Assembly (NCBI RefSeq): GCF_006345805.1
Contig: NC_043018.1
Span: forward strand, 5,394,001-5,458,000
Length of the DNA: 64,000 nucleotides
Source of the DNA: Octopus sinensis
Taxonomy: Eukaryota
Reading direction: 5' to 3'
This document shows, one piece after another, positions 24,311 to 37,632 of the stretch. The notes beneath the pieces are model-generated. The model had not been told where the DNA came from. It saw nothing but the letters and a program-made list of their open reading frames with translations, and searched no databases. The position numbers and the translations under genes are program-made. Each line of letters begins with the position of its first letter. Position 1 is the first letter of the stretch.

Positions 24311-25019
24311 TAAGCATCTTTGATAACCTCTTATTCTCTTCCCCTTCTCACTTCCAGGAAGATGCTCATGGGCAGTGACACGGGGGAACGTTGTATGTTC
24401 AAAATATGATACATTTGTGGACATGATTCTCGACAAATATAAATGGCTTCGGACATTCAGTTTTTTTCTTTTTTAAAATATCATTCCAAAGGGACAATAT
24501 AAAACCAATGTAAGGTATACTAGCCACCTCAATATGGCTAACCACTAAGGGTGGGTGTTACTGTAGCTTGTAGCCCCAGGAGAACATCTCCTCCAGCTGG
24601 CTTTAGGCACACTTTCTGAGCCCTTATGGTATTTGCAAAGGGAGGTCATCCCTCCCTCGTCAACCTAAGTGATACGCACGGACTGCAGTTTCTAGGTATT
24701 TGCCTGTCTTCAGCGTACGGCAATCACCGGTTTTCGATGAAAGGGGTCCCAATGCAAATACTTATATCATTTTTCCAGTAACTTTACGTCACTAATCTCG
24801 AAAAACTGTATGCAAGCAATAGTAAATCTCTGAACGAGATGTAAACAGTAACTGCACGACAAGTTACTCCCAAAATACTTTCTCTACGAAAAATAGCTTC
24901 GTTATGATCGTAAGATTGTGGTTTCGATTCCTGGATCGAGCGATGCGTTGCATTCTTCAGCAAAACACTTCATATCACATCGCTCCAGTCCATTCAGCTA
25001 GCAGAAATGAGCAGTCTTA

Positions 25020-25127
25020 CGACGAACAGATGGTTACAACAACGACGATAACGACGACAACGAGGTTGATGATGACGATGTTAATGATGATGACGATGGT
25101 GATGATAATGACGACGACGACGACGAC

Positions 25128-25173
<46 letters not shown>

Positions 25174-25190
25174 GTGATGATGACGATGAC

Positions 25191-25221
<31 letters not shown>

Positions 25222-26508
25222 TTGATGATGATAATGATGATGATGATGGTGATAATGATGACGATGACGATGATGATGATGGTGCAGGTAGGAATATATA
25301 CGTCACAGACTCTACGGCCTCACGAGTCTATGACTTGGGAAAGAGCCGTATCCTTTAGTCTGTAATCAGAGAATTCTTCAAAACGAAACAAACCCGAAAG
25401 AATTTAACTCACAAAGCCATATTTTACGAAACCCTGAATTCATTCTCTTTGATTAACCAGTACCTGATTACTTTTCATAACGCCAACTAAGTGATGCCCT
25501 GTTTCCTGTCTGCTTTACAACTTGGAGATTCCAGCCAAAGAATTGATCCCAGATCTCCATGTGTCCCACTAACCGCAATATTTTCTTTCTCTACTTCTTC
25601 GTAGACTCTTTTCTTTCTTTCTTTTCTTATTTGTTCCTTCCTTCCTTCCTTCCTTCCTTCCTAGCTCTATAAGCACCCCTCCTCTCCCCCTTCCTCCCTT
25701 CCTAACTCCCTTAGCTCCCCCTCCTCCTCCTCCCCTTCCTTCCTTACTTCCTTACTTCCTTACTTCCTTCCTTCCTATCTCCCTTAGCTCACCCTCCTCC
25801 ACCCGTCCACCCATCCTTCCTTCCTTCCTATCATTTTACTTTCCCCATTCTTAAGCAACTGCCATATTTTATGGTTTGATGAGTTTCGCCGCATGAATAT
25901 TATGATGATAATGATGATGATTATGATTGTTATTACAGTGGTAATAGCAGTGATGGTGGTGGTGGTGGTGGTGATAGGATAGTGATGGTTGGGGTTGTGG
26001 TGGTGTTTGTCGTGGTGGTAGTTGATGGTTGTGGTGGTGATGATGATGGTGGTGATGTCGATGATGATTGTAGTGGTAGTGGTGATAGTTGCGGTGGTGT
26101 TGGTGGTGATGGTGGCGGCGGCGATGGTGATGGATGTGACGGCTATAATGGTGGTGGTCATGGTTGTGGTGGTGGTGGTGGTGGTGGTGGTGATGGAAGT
26201 GATGGTTGTAGTGTTGATGGTGGTGGTGGTTGTGATGGTGGAAGTAATTGTAGTGGTGGTGATGATGATGGTGGTGATGGTTGTAGTGGTGGTGATGGTG
26301 GTGGTGGTGGTTATGGTGGATTCAGTTCGTTGAAAATAATAAAAGAGAAGAGATAACAGGAATGATAACAAAGGCGGGAGAGAGGCGACAACAACAACAG
26401 CAACTACAGTAACATTCAACGACAGCGATGACTTCGACGATGAAGATAATAATTGTGGTTACAACAACGACGATGACGACGACAACGAGGTTGATAATGA
26501 CGATGTTA

Positions 26509-26562
<54 letters not shown>

Positions 26563-26599
26563 TCGATGATGATGATGACGACGACAATGATGTTGTTGT

Positions 26600-26635
<36 letters not shown>

Positions 26636-26768
26636 GAGTGATGTTGATGATGATGATGGTGATGATGATGATGATGATGATGATGAGTATGACGACGACG
26701 ACGACGACGATGATGATAATGATGGTGAAGATTCTGAATCAAAAGAAAGCTTTTATGGCATATTAAAT

Positions 26769-26810
<42 letters not shown>
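25020..26810. repeat. (GAT)n, (CCTT)n, (GGT)n and (GA)n microsatellite field
   Basis: Visible directly. Confidence 0.95.
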
Positions 26811-26818
<8 letters not shown>

Positions 26819-27537
26819 AGACTGAGAAATACACCGTTGGATGTCAGACAAGATACACTGACTTTATTGCTCAACCATCCTTTCGAATATCCACCGGGGA
26901 TTAAACAACTGGACAAACACTATCTTATCTTTATCGCAAGATCGTCAGCCCCATCCCGGGAGAGAAAAAGACTGCAATTAGACTAATGTACATTCCCCCC
27001 ACCGCTACCACTCCTCCTTCCTCACTGCTCACTATATTATTTCGACAATTGAACAAGCTTAACAACAAACTGTTCAACAGATTCTTCGCTTTTTTTCCAC
27101 AAAAAGATGGAAGATAAAAGCCTGAGGGAATTGTATAATTAGAAAAATCAGTTGGACTTAGTCAGGGAAAAACGACGACAGTTCTAGCGTAATGTTGGCA
27201 ACTGTGGATTTGTGTATGGTCAATCAATTAGTAATTAAGGAAGTGAGGTATACACCCTGCTCATACATACGCTTACATACACGTACGCATCCGCATACGT
27301 GCATGCGTACAAGTGTGTAGGGTCTGTGTGATGCGTGACATGGTAGGTAACCTTCGAATCACGCTGAGCAACAAACGCATACATTGTCTATAATTGTTTT
27401 CGTGTTTGTCTGTTCATCGTCAGCACATACAGACAGACATACATGCATATACACACTTTTATATAGCATCTATGTATTTACACGCATGCGTGTGTATGTG
27501 CGCGCGCGTGTGTGTGTGTTTGCACGTGTTCGTGTGT

Positions 27538-27755
27538 GTAGCTGTGTGGTTAAGAAGTTACCTTTGTAACCAGATGGTTTCGGGTTCAGTCCCATCGTGC
27601 GCCAACTTGGGCAAGTATCTTCTATAACGCCGCGCCGAGCAGTGCCTTTTGAGTGAATTTGAGTCAAGTTGGTAGATGCAAACTGTGCGAATGTCCGTCA
27701 ATTATATATACACACAAGCACACACACACACATACACACACGTATATAAATAAAT

Positions 27756-27790
<35 letters not shown>

Positions 27791-27957
27791 TGACGTGTTT
27801 TATAAGCGCAGGCGTAGCTATGTGTTAAGAAGTTTGCTTCCCAAACACATGGTTCCGGGTCCAGTCCCACTGCGTGGTACTTTAGGGAAATGTCTTCTTT
27901 GGGCCGACCAAAGCCTTGTGAGTGGATTTAGTAGACAGAAACTGAAAGAAGACCGTC

Positions 27958-27960
<3 letters not shown>
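27538..27960 (+). mobile_element. Two partial SINE family A copies
   Basis: Heads at about 27538 and 27808. Confidence 0.7.
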
Positions 27961-27990
<30 letters not shown>

Positions 27991-27994
<4 letters not shown>

Positions 27995-29280
27995 GGAAGT
28001 TCAATAAGTAATGCCTCTGACCCACTTGCAGTTGTTTGATCTAGCTGAAATTTTGCATGTGCAATCATTTATATCTCTATAGAGTAAGTGGCAAATTACA
28101 GCTCTGAATTGATTGTGGTTTCTGATTTACAGGTGTTTGAACCGTGTCAAGTGTGAAATGGAGCCTGTTGAGTGTCGAGCAGTGATCCGGTTTTTGTATT
28201 TGAAAGGACGCACACCACGGGAGACTTTTGATGAAATGAAAGTAACTTATGGTGATGATGCCCCATCATATGACCTTATAAAACGCTGGCATCGTGAATT
28301 CAAACATGGTCGGAACTCTGTGGAAACAGCTCCCAGATCTGGTCGCCCCCTTCTGCCATTGATGAGGCATCTGTCCGTCAAGTTGAGGCTGCCATTTTGG
28401 AAGATCGACGCATAATTATTCGCCAAATAGCCCATGAGGTCAAGATTAGTACCGGGTCTGTGGAAACTATCATTAATGACCATTTGCATATGCAAAAGGT
28501 GTCGGCCAGATGGATTTCCAGGTTGCTCACGCCTTTCCAGAAGCAAGAACGCGTCGAGTGCTCGAGGGTGAATTTGGAGATGTGCCAAGAAGATGAGTCA
28601 AAATTTTTCAAAAGACTGATTACACAGGATGAAACTTGGGTCCATCACGATGATCCAGAGACCAAAGCCCAGTCAATGCAGTGGAAGCACCGTGACTCAC
28701 CCCCTCCAAAGAAGGCAAGGGTGCAGCCCTCCGCTGGCAAGGTCATGCTCACAGTCTTCTGGGACCAGGACGGAGTAGTGATGACAGATTTCCTGGCAAA
28801 GGATACCACAATTACAGGAGCCTATTATGCTTCACTTTTGAGGAAATTAAGAGAAGTTATCAAAATCAAGAGGCGGGGCAAGATCAGCAAAGGCATCCTC
28901 CTCCTGCAGGACAACGCTCCGGTCCACAACTCGCTTGTCGCCAGATCAGAAGCACAGGCGTATGGCTATGAACTCCTTCCCATCCCCCCTACTTTCCTGA
29001 CCTTGCACCCTCTGATTTTCATCTCTTCCCAATCATGAAGTTGTTTTTGAAAGGAAAGCGTTTCCCAGATGATGCAGCCTTGATTTCTGAAGTCACGTTG
29101 AGGTTGGAGGACCAAGCTGGGTTCTTCTACAAAAACGGTCTCCAGAGCCGCATCAAACGATGGGAGAAATGCGTAACTCTGGGTGGTTCCTATGTAGAAA
29201 AAGACTAATAAGTGTGCCAAGTTTCGTTGCTCTACTGCTATGGGAGTGGGTCAGGGGCATTACTTATTGAACGCCCCTCG
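27991..29280 (+). mobile_element. Full-length mariner (DD34D, irritans-like TIR)
   Basis: ~36-bp TIRs (C/T)GAGGG..GTTCAATAAGTAATGCC.CTGACCCACT, TA TSD, 1290 bp. Confidence 0.93.
28158..29208 (+). pseudogene. Mariner transposase with two frameshifts (near 28350 and 28980)
   Basis: MEPVECRAVIRFL, WISRLL, TQDETWVHH, QDNAP, HPPYFPDLAPSDF; D-D spacing 34. Confidence 0.9.
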
Positions 29281-29304
29281 TATATATAAAACCTGCTTTA
29301 AAAA

Positions 29305-29700
29305 ATCGGATTTCCACCAAAGCTGCTGAGGATCATCAAATCTTTCCCTGATGATATGTAAGGCACCGTACACCACAATAGGTCAACATCAGCCGCCTTC
29401 CAAATAAGGAACAGGGTAAAGCAGGGCTGTGTCCTTGCTCCTACATTATTTGGCATCTTCTCGTTGCTGCTGTCACATGCCTTTGATACATCAATGTTTC
29501 TGCACAGTAGAAGTGACGGGAAACTGTTCAATCTCTCACGTCTGCATGCCAAGACCAAAATCAGAAGCGTCCTGATCAAGGAGATGCTCTTTGCTGATGA
29601 TGCCGCTCTGGTATCACACACAGAAGAAGCCCTGCAAAGGCTCATCAACTGTTTTGAGCAAGCATGTAGCGACTTTGGCTTAGATATCAACCTCAAGGTA
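29305..29700 (+). pseudogene. RTE-clade RT fragment
   Basis: VKQGCVLAPTLFGIF...DGKLFNLSRL..KTK..EMLFADDAAL..FGLDINLK. Confidence 0.85.
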
Positions 29701-29830
29701 TGTCACTGGAAAAAGCATATAGTATTTTGCGTTTGGAATCATTTCTCTTCCCTAGCCGGATGAGGATAATAATAATCCAAGAAAGGCTTATTATTATTAT
29801 TACTACCAATTATATACTTTTTATTTATTA

Positions 29831-30229
29831 CTAGCAGTATCGCCCGGCGTTGCTCGGGTTTGTAAGGGAATTAACTATATAAGCATTTTTAGAGATGTAA
29901 AGTATAATAGCCATCTCAATATGGCTAGCCACAAAGGGGGGGGGGTGTTACTGTAGATTTTTACGTTCTGAGATTTAATAATAAATTTTTAGAGAGTTAC
30001 TTCCCTTATATATGCCAAAAATGCATTAAAAAAGGGAAAAAATGATGGTAATTTTTTTTTTAAATCGTAGACTCATCGTAGACGCGCGCTAATACCCAGA
30101 AGGGCTCGATATGAATCACGACTATAAGATAGCCGGTTTTGGTTAAACTGCACGGCAAAATGTGGGAGTAGTTAGGAATCTAAATCGTAGGAGACAGACA
30201 GCACACAACCTCACTTTTATATATAAAGA
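29831..30229 (-). mobile_element. Non-autonomous Helitron (399 bp)
   Basis: Minus strand A|TCTTTATATATAAAAG ... hairpin CCCGAGCAACGCCGGG ... CTAG|T. Confidence 0.8.
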
Positions 30230-30354
30230 TTTTGTACTTTACATAATTATTGGGCATATATTTTTATCGTATATTTAATTTTTTTCTATATGGTATAATT
30301 TAATTATATCATTGTTATTTCATTGCTGAATTGATAAAAGGCGGTTCTTCTCTA

Positions 30355-30422
<68 letters not shown>

Positions 30423-30809
30423 ATATCTATATATACATTTTAGCTATCTATATATTTACACGTAAATAAATACACACATGCATACATTTATGATTCAAGC
30501 TTGAACAATGTAAACACGAATAAAGAAATCTTGTCCGAGTTTAAACACACTCTAATTCCCACCACTCTCTATCAGGGAGACATTTAAAGAATATGAGCTG
30601 AAGAACATGCGATTGTGTTTAAGAATCTTAGAAGATTATTAAGACCAAAGGTTCTTGAGACAGCTCTTAAGTCAAAAGGTTCTTCAGACGATTCTTAAGT
30701 GAAAACATCTGAAACTTGGCGATTTACGTCAGACCCTTTACATTTGTTTCCGAAAGTCTCCTTAGCCTCATTGTAATTAAGCCATAGAACAATTAACTGC
30801 TACTTTATT

Positions 30810-30886
30810 CAATTTATAATAATAATAAAAATAATAATAATAATAATAAATAATAATAATAATAATAAAAATAATAATATAATAAA

Positions 30887-30923
<37 letters not shown>

Positions 30924-30938
30924 GTAATAATAATAATA

Positions 30939-31005
<67 letters not shown>

Positions 31006-31020
31006 TAATAATAATAATAT
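30810..31020. repeat. (TAA)n array, the target of the R4/Dong nest
   Basis: Further (TAA)n tracts at 11795-11908, 14498-14575, 32910-33030, 36090-36143, 37465-37630, 38180-38350, 53897-53980 and 54537-54712. Confidence 0.95.
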
Positions 31021-32906
31021 TACGTGGACGTAAGGTGAACACCGGGGACGTAAGTGAACACCGGGGACGTGGTGAACACCGGGGACGTTTAAGAGGTGAA
31101 CACCGGGGACGTTTAAGAGTGAACACCGGGGACGTTTAAGATGTAAGAAGGAAAATACAGAGCTCCGAAATCTATCCACAAACATCGAAAACAAGGACAC
31201 CCTATGGAGCCAAAGATTTACTAACAAAGAATTGGACTATATCCGAGTAAGTAATACTAATTGAAATTTATTACTATTTCCGAAACGAAATGATGTATTT
31301 TGACTCGATATTATCTCCACCTCTAACACAACACATGTAAATATGCGTGGAACAACACGATCATCCCCGACCTCAAACACCATGTACAAAGGAACTACGA
31401 AGAAATTAAATGCCACCGATACTATTCAACCCAAGAATAACAATCGAGCGGTACGTACATTAAACTTACAACAAAAAATGTACGAAAAACTACACGTGCG
31501 AAATAATGTGACAACAGAAATAAACGGACCGGTACCCTACGAAAATGACGACCGTCAAAATAATGGGCCGGACGTTGTACCTCATGTCCCGCAAATAAAA
31601 CCCAAAAGACGTAAATGGACACGTGAGGAATACATTTCTATCTTACACGCATACTTCACAGCAATGCTCTACCCAAAAAATGAAAATACAACAACACATA
31701 CATATAAAATATGGAAGGAAAATAATAGAGATATAGACTTGGATACAGCAATGAACCCTAATAAATTAGCTAACGTACGAAGATACATTCTCAAAGCCAA
31801 AAAAATATCAGAAATAGAAATAGAACATTTAAAAGAAAAAATACACCAGGAAAATGTAGATAGAAGCCACACAACAATGCCCAATAATATAAACACTGAA
31901 ACTGTAAAACACGAAGACAAACGCAACATTCCCAACAAACACGATGTAAACAACGAAGGGGAGCCTAATGATTATGATAATATAAAAAATAGAATAATCA
32001 AAGAACTGAAAACCACAGAGCCCAAAATGGACCACCGACCATACCTCCCAAGAATAAAAATAAACGCAATAACAACACCAATTATAAACAACATAAACCT
32101 AGCCGTCATTGAACTAGCCACTGAAACAAAAAAAAGTGATATCACTGAACTAAATGACTTGATATACGCAGCAGCCACTGCAGTCACAAAAGAAGCTGGA
32201 TACTCACCCAAACCCGCCCAAACAGGAGTACCACCACCCAAACAAACCCTGTGGATAAATAACATCCAAAACAAAAAAACAAAAAATTAGAAAAGACCTG
32301 TCGATTCTTAATGAAATCAGCAAACAAGCAACGCTACTGAGCAACAAAAAGAGAACAAAAATGCTCCGCAAATATAACATCACAGAAAAAGATTTGCCGG
32401 AGATAAAAGAAAAGCTGAAGCAAGATATCCTTGCCAAAGCTCAAAGGATCCGCCGGTACGAGAAACGCCAACGCTTCTTTGAACAGAACAAAAAGTTCAA
32501 TTCCAACCCCAAAAAGTTCTACCAAGAACTGGGAAAAAATAAAATAGAAGTCACTGCAGCATAACGGCAGAAGAATTGGAAGAATTCTGGAGAGAAATAT
32601 GGTCGGCGAACGAACTGGAAATAGAGGTAACTAGAATGTGGAACCTGAAAACAGAAACAATTCCTATCATAGTAGGTGCATTAGGTATGATAAAAAAATA
32701 TTCAGACAAATACATAACAAAAACACCAGGACTTACAAACACATATAACATACAGAAAATTGCACTACTAGGCACTGCACACATCCTACGCAGAACACTT
32801 TCCATACAATAACCATCAGAGCATCACAACAAATCACAGCACATACCCAAGGCACACAGAGCTGCGCTCGGTAGTGAAGTGAAAGCACGCCATAAAAATA
32901 AAACTA

Positions 32907-32909
<3 letters not shown>
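31020..32909 (+). mobile_element. R4/Dong LINE family 2, 5'-complete, RT deleted
   Basis: 5' UTR with monomers, N-terminal ORF, WSANE joined directly to LEIEVTRMW, 3' UTR then (TAA)n. Confidence 0.88.
31343..32290 (+). CDS. N-terminal part of the R4/Dong ORF (Myb-like domain)
   Basis: RRKWTREEYISILHAYF and NKLANVRRYILKAKKISEIEIE; frameshift near 32285 continues QDILAKAQRIRRYEKRQR. Confidence 0.7.
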   Translation: MRGTTRSSPTSNTMYKGTTKKLNATDTIQPKNNNRAVRTLNLQQKMYEKLHVRNNVTTEINGPVPYENDDRQNNGPDVVPHVPQIKPKRRKWTREEYISILHAYFTAMLYPKNENTTTHTYKIWKENNRDIDLDTAMNPNKLANVRRYILKAKKISEIEIEHLKEKIHQENVDRSHTTMPNNINTETVKHEDKRNIPNKHDVNNEGEPNDYDNIKNRIIKELKTTEPKMDHRPYLPRIKINAITTPIINNINLAVIELATETKKSDITELNDLIYAAATAVTKEAGYSPKPAQTGVPPPKQTLWINNIQNKKTKN

Positions 32910-32947
<38 letters not shown>

Positions 32948-32982
32948 TAATAATAATGATAATAATAATAATAATAATAATG

Positions 32983-33056
<74 letters not shown>

Positions 33057-33060
33057 AAGA

Positions 33061-36000
33061 AGAATCAAAATAGACGAAACAACAACACCAATTATAAACA
33101 GCATAAACCTAGCCGTCACGGAACTAATAGCCACCGAAACAAAATCGATATCACTAAGCTAAATGACTTAATATACGCAGCAGCCACTGCAGCCACAAAA
33201 GAAGCTGGATACTCACTCAAACCCGTCCAAACAGGAGTACCACCACCCAAACAAACCCTGTGGATAAATAACATCCAAAACAAAATACAAAAAATTAGAA
33301 AAGATCTGTCAATTCTTAATGAAATCAGCAAACAATCAACGCTACTGAGCAACAAAAAGAAAACTAAAATACTCCGCAAATATAACATCACAGAGAAAGA
33401 TTTGCCGGAGATAAAAGAAAAGCTGAAGCAAGATATCCTTGCCAAAGCACAAAGGATCCGCCGGTACGAGAAACGCCAGCGCTTCTTTGAACAAAACAAA
33501 AAGTTCAACTCCAACCCCAAAAAGTTCTACCAAGAACTTGGCAAAAATAAAATAGAAGTCACTGCAGCACCAACGGCAGAATAATTGGAAGAATTCTGGA
33601 GAGAAATATGGTCGGCGAACGAACAACCAAAAAAAAGGAGTATCAAAATAACAAACTCGGCATCTGAACAACTTTGGACCCCCATAACAACTGAAGAGGT
33701 CACCCAGGCACTGCAAAGACTAAGCAACTGGAAGGCACCTGGGCATGACAAGATCCCCAACTTCTGGTTGAAATATCTAACAGGAACGCACAAAAAGCTG
33801 GCTGAAAACTTTAACAACATACTAGCAGAGCCAGAGACAATGCCTGAATGGCTCACGAAGGGGAAAACCATCTTAATTCCCAAATCAAATGAGACAGCAA
33901 AACCAGAAAACTACAGACCAATAACCTGCCTCCCTACAATGTTCAAGGCATTTACTACAGTGATATCGCAAAGGTTGAACAATCACCTGGACGAAAACAA
34001 ACTGTTCCGAGAAGAGCAGAAAGGATGCCGCAAAGGCTCATATGGCTGTAAAGATCAACTAATGATTAATAAATCCATTACTGAAGACAGCCACAGAAAG
34101 AAGAAAGGCCTCAGTATGGCCTGGATTGACTACAAAAAGGCGTTTGATAGCATCCCCCACACATGGATCCTCGAAACACTAGCCATTAACAAAGTAGCAC
34201 CAACAATCATAAAATTCATAGAGCACTCTATGAATAAATGGCAAACAGTCCTACACCTCCAAATAAAAGAAGGACTCATGAAAACCAAAGACATCCCCAT
34301 TAGAAGAGGAATATTCCAGGGAGACACGCTCTTTCCACTCCTTTTCTGCTTAGCACTGTCACCTCTATCTGATATACTAAATAGAACTGGATGCGGATAT
34401 AAATGTTACGGCAAAACGATCAGCCACCTTTTATATATGGATGACCTAAAACTATACGCTGCAAATGACAAACAGCTGGAAACACTATTAAAGACAGTTC
34501 ATGGATTTACCAAAGAAATAGATATGAAATTTGGATTAGAAAAATGCGCCGAGTAACCATGAAAAGAGGAAAACTAGTTAAGAGTAGCAACATCACACTA
34601 GATAAAACCAATGAAATAAAAGAATTAGACCAAAGCCAAACTTACAAATACTTAGGAATCCACGAACTAGATAAGACACAACACACACAAATGAAAGAGA
34701 AAATAAAAAAAAGAGAATATTATAGACGAGTTAGATCAATACTAAAAACAGATCTCAATGCTAAAAACAAGATAATAGGTAACAACACTTTAGCTGTCCC
34801 AGTTATAAGTTACAGCTACAATATCCTTAACTGGACACGAAATGAACTGTCCAAAATAGATAGGAAAACAAGAAAAATACTGACAGAATCTAGGATGCAT
34901 CACCCAAAATCTGACAGAAAGACTATATATACAACGTATAGAAGGTGGTAGAGGCCTTATACAGCTGGAAAACTACTATAAAATAACCACCATAGGACTG
35001 CAAAAATACCTACTTCAGAAGGAAGGAAAACTGATCCAGATAGCAGCAAAACACGATCAAAACAAAAAACTGTTCTCAGTATTTAAGGAAGCTGACAAAT
35101 ACAAACAAGAAATCATACCACCTAATAAACACAAAGAAGAAGAAGAAGAAGATGAAGAAACAACAAAAGCTATAAAACAAATGAAATCCAAACTAAAAAT
35201 AGAACAGCAACGAACCATGATAAAACGATGGCAAGAAAAGCCCCTTCATGGTAAATACTGGACTAAACTAAACGCAAAAGAAATAGACAAAGAAAAATCC
35301 CAGCAATGGTTGAGAAGCTCAGGACTCAAAGCAGAAACAGAGGGTTTCTTAATTGCAGCACAAGACCAAAGCCTCGCCACCAGAAATTACCAAAAACATG
35401 TAATGAAAAGAAATATTACAATATTGCAGAATATGTGGAGATGGACAAGAAACAATAAATCATATTATCTCTAGCTGCCCAGTCCTGGCTAAGAAGGAAT
35501 ATATTCACAGACATGACAGAGTTGGAATCTACATACATTGGAAGCTATGCCAACATTATGGAATAACAACAGAAAAAAGATGGTATAGGCACACACCAGA
35601 AGAGGTCACAGAAAACGAGAAAGCAACCATACTCTAGGATATGCCGATACACACAGATAGAGAAATTAAGGCCAACAGACCAGATATAGTTGTCAGAGAT
35701 CATGAAGTAAAAAAATGCTTTCTAATTGATGTATCAATACCGGCAGATGACAATGTGTCTCTAAAAGAAATGGAGAAACTCTCAAAATACAAGACCTGGA
35801 AATAAAGGTAACTAGAATGTGGAATCTGAAAACAGAAACAATTCCTATCATAGTAGGTGCATTAGGCATGATAAAAAATATTCAGACAAATACATAACAA
35901 AAACACCAGGACTTACAAACACATATAACATACAGAAAATTGCACTACTAGGCACTGCACACATCCTACGCAGAACACTTTCCATACAATAACCATCAGA

Positions 36001-36086
36001 GCATCACAACAAATCACAGCACATACCCAAGGCACACAGAGCTGCTATCGGCAGTGAAGTGAAAGCACGCTATAAAAATAAAACTA

Positions 36087-36089
<3 letters not shown>
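33061..36089 (+). mobile_element. R4/Dong LINE family 2, 5'-truncated, multiple frameshifts
   Basis: KAPGHDKIPNFWLK, NYRPITCL, GIFQGDTLFP, YMDDLKLY, RPDIVV..LIDVSIP; same 3' end as 31020-32909. Confidence 0.92.
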
Positions 36090-36144
<55 letters not shown>

Positions 36145-36332
36145 TGTCAAGACCTACCAAAAACTGAGCAAATATAAAGATCTTGAAATAGAAATAAGCA
36201 AAATGTGGAAGCTGAAGACTAAAACAATACCTGTTGTCATAGGTGCCCTGGGAATGATAGCGAAAAGGGCTGATCGCTACCTAACTCAGATACAAGGAAA
36301 CCCCAAAATGCAGAAATTCAAAAGATAGTGCT
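36145..36332 (+). mobile_element. R4/Dong family 3, RLE C-terminal fragment
   Basis: KTYQKLSKYKDLEIEISKMWKLKTKTIPVVIGALG...IQKIVL. Confidence 0.85.
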
Positions 36333-37322
36333 GGGTCTAGTTCTTTTATGACATTCTGTTGGTCAAGGTTAACGTTAGATGTTTCTGTCATTTTTCCTTT
36401 GATAAAGGTAGCCTTTGCACATTTATCGAGGCCGAATTGCATTCTGATGTCGTCACTGAATTGTTTGACTATCGCTAGTAAGCCCTTGAGCTGTTGATCA
36501 TTTTTTGCAAAAAGCTTTAAATTATCCATGTAAACGAGATGATTTATATTTTTATCAAACATTTTATACCCGTACTGCGCGTCATTGAGCAGCTTTGAGA
36601 GAGGTATTAAGGATAAACAAAAGAGGAGTGGTGACAGTGAGTCACCCTGGAAAATGCCACACGAAATTTTAACATCACCAGCATTTAGGGATTCACTGTC
36701 ACTGTTCAGAGTTAGTGTGGTTCTCCATGATCTCATACTTACAGTCAAGAAGTTTCGCAGAGTTGGTGCTATCTTATACATTTCAAGGCATTTCCTAACC
36801 CAGCTATGTGGTAGGCTATCAAAAGCCTTTTTATAGTCTATCCAGGCTATTGATAAGTTTTTGTGTCGTTTGTGACAATCTTCTAAGATCATCTTATTGA
36901 TGAGTAGTTGGTCTTTACAGCCGTAGGATCCACGTTTACATTCTTTCTGTTCATTAGGGAATATGCTGCTGTCTGTTAAAAAACTATAGGTATATTCCGT
37001 CAGGACAGATGTTAGTGTTTTGTACATAGTTGTTAAGCAGGTTATGGGTCTATAGTTTTTTGGTTCATTTGTTTCTTCACTTTTTGGAAGCAGGAATGTT
37101 AACCCATTAACTAGCCAAGGAGGCATCCTACTAGGGTGTTGCAAAACATCATTGTACAGTTCTGTTAGCAGTTCATGGCTCTCTGGGAAGGCATTCAGCC
37201 AGAAGTTAGGAATTTTATCCTTTCCTGGAGACTTCCATTTGCTTGACCTCCTGAGAGCAGATCTTATATCTTCTATCTTGACACCCTCCCACTTTTGCTC
37301 TTCTAAGGGGTCCAGTTCTTCC
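36333..37322 (-). mobile_element. R4/Dong family 3, RT fragment
   Basis: WKSPGKDKIPNFWL, NYRPITCL, GIFQGDSLSP, YMDNLKLF, ending KELDP at the junction. Confidence 0.9.
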
Positions 37323-37434
37323 TCTTCTTCTTCTTCTTCTTCTTCTTCTTCTTCTTCTTCTTCTTCTTCTTCTTCTTCTTCTTCTTCTTCTTCTTCTTCT
37401 TCTTCTTCTTCTTCTTCTTCTTCTTCTTCTTCTT

Positions 37435-37569
<135 letters not shown>

Positions 37570-37632
37570 TATTATTATTATTATTATTATTACTATTGTT
37601 ATTTCTATTGTTATTATATTATTATTATCATT

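Noticed and set aside
24904-26916. Poly-Met, poly-Thr, poly-Gly and poly-His ORFs
   Set aside because: Trinucleotide microsatellites with no splice or domain support.
31035-31135. CRISPR-like direct repeats
   Set aside because: Spacers are only 1-7 nt, the context is a eukaryotic LINE 5' UTR, and there are no cas genes.
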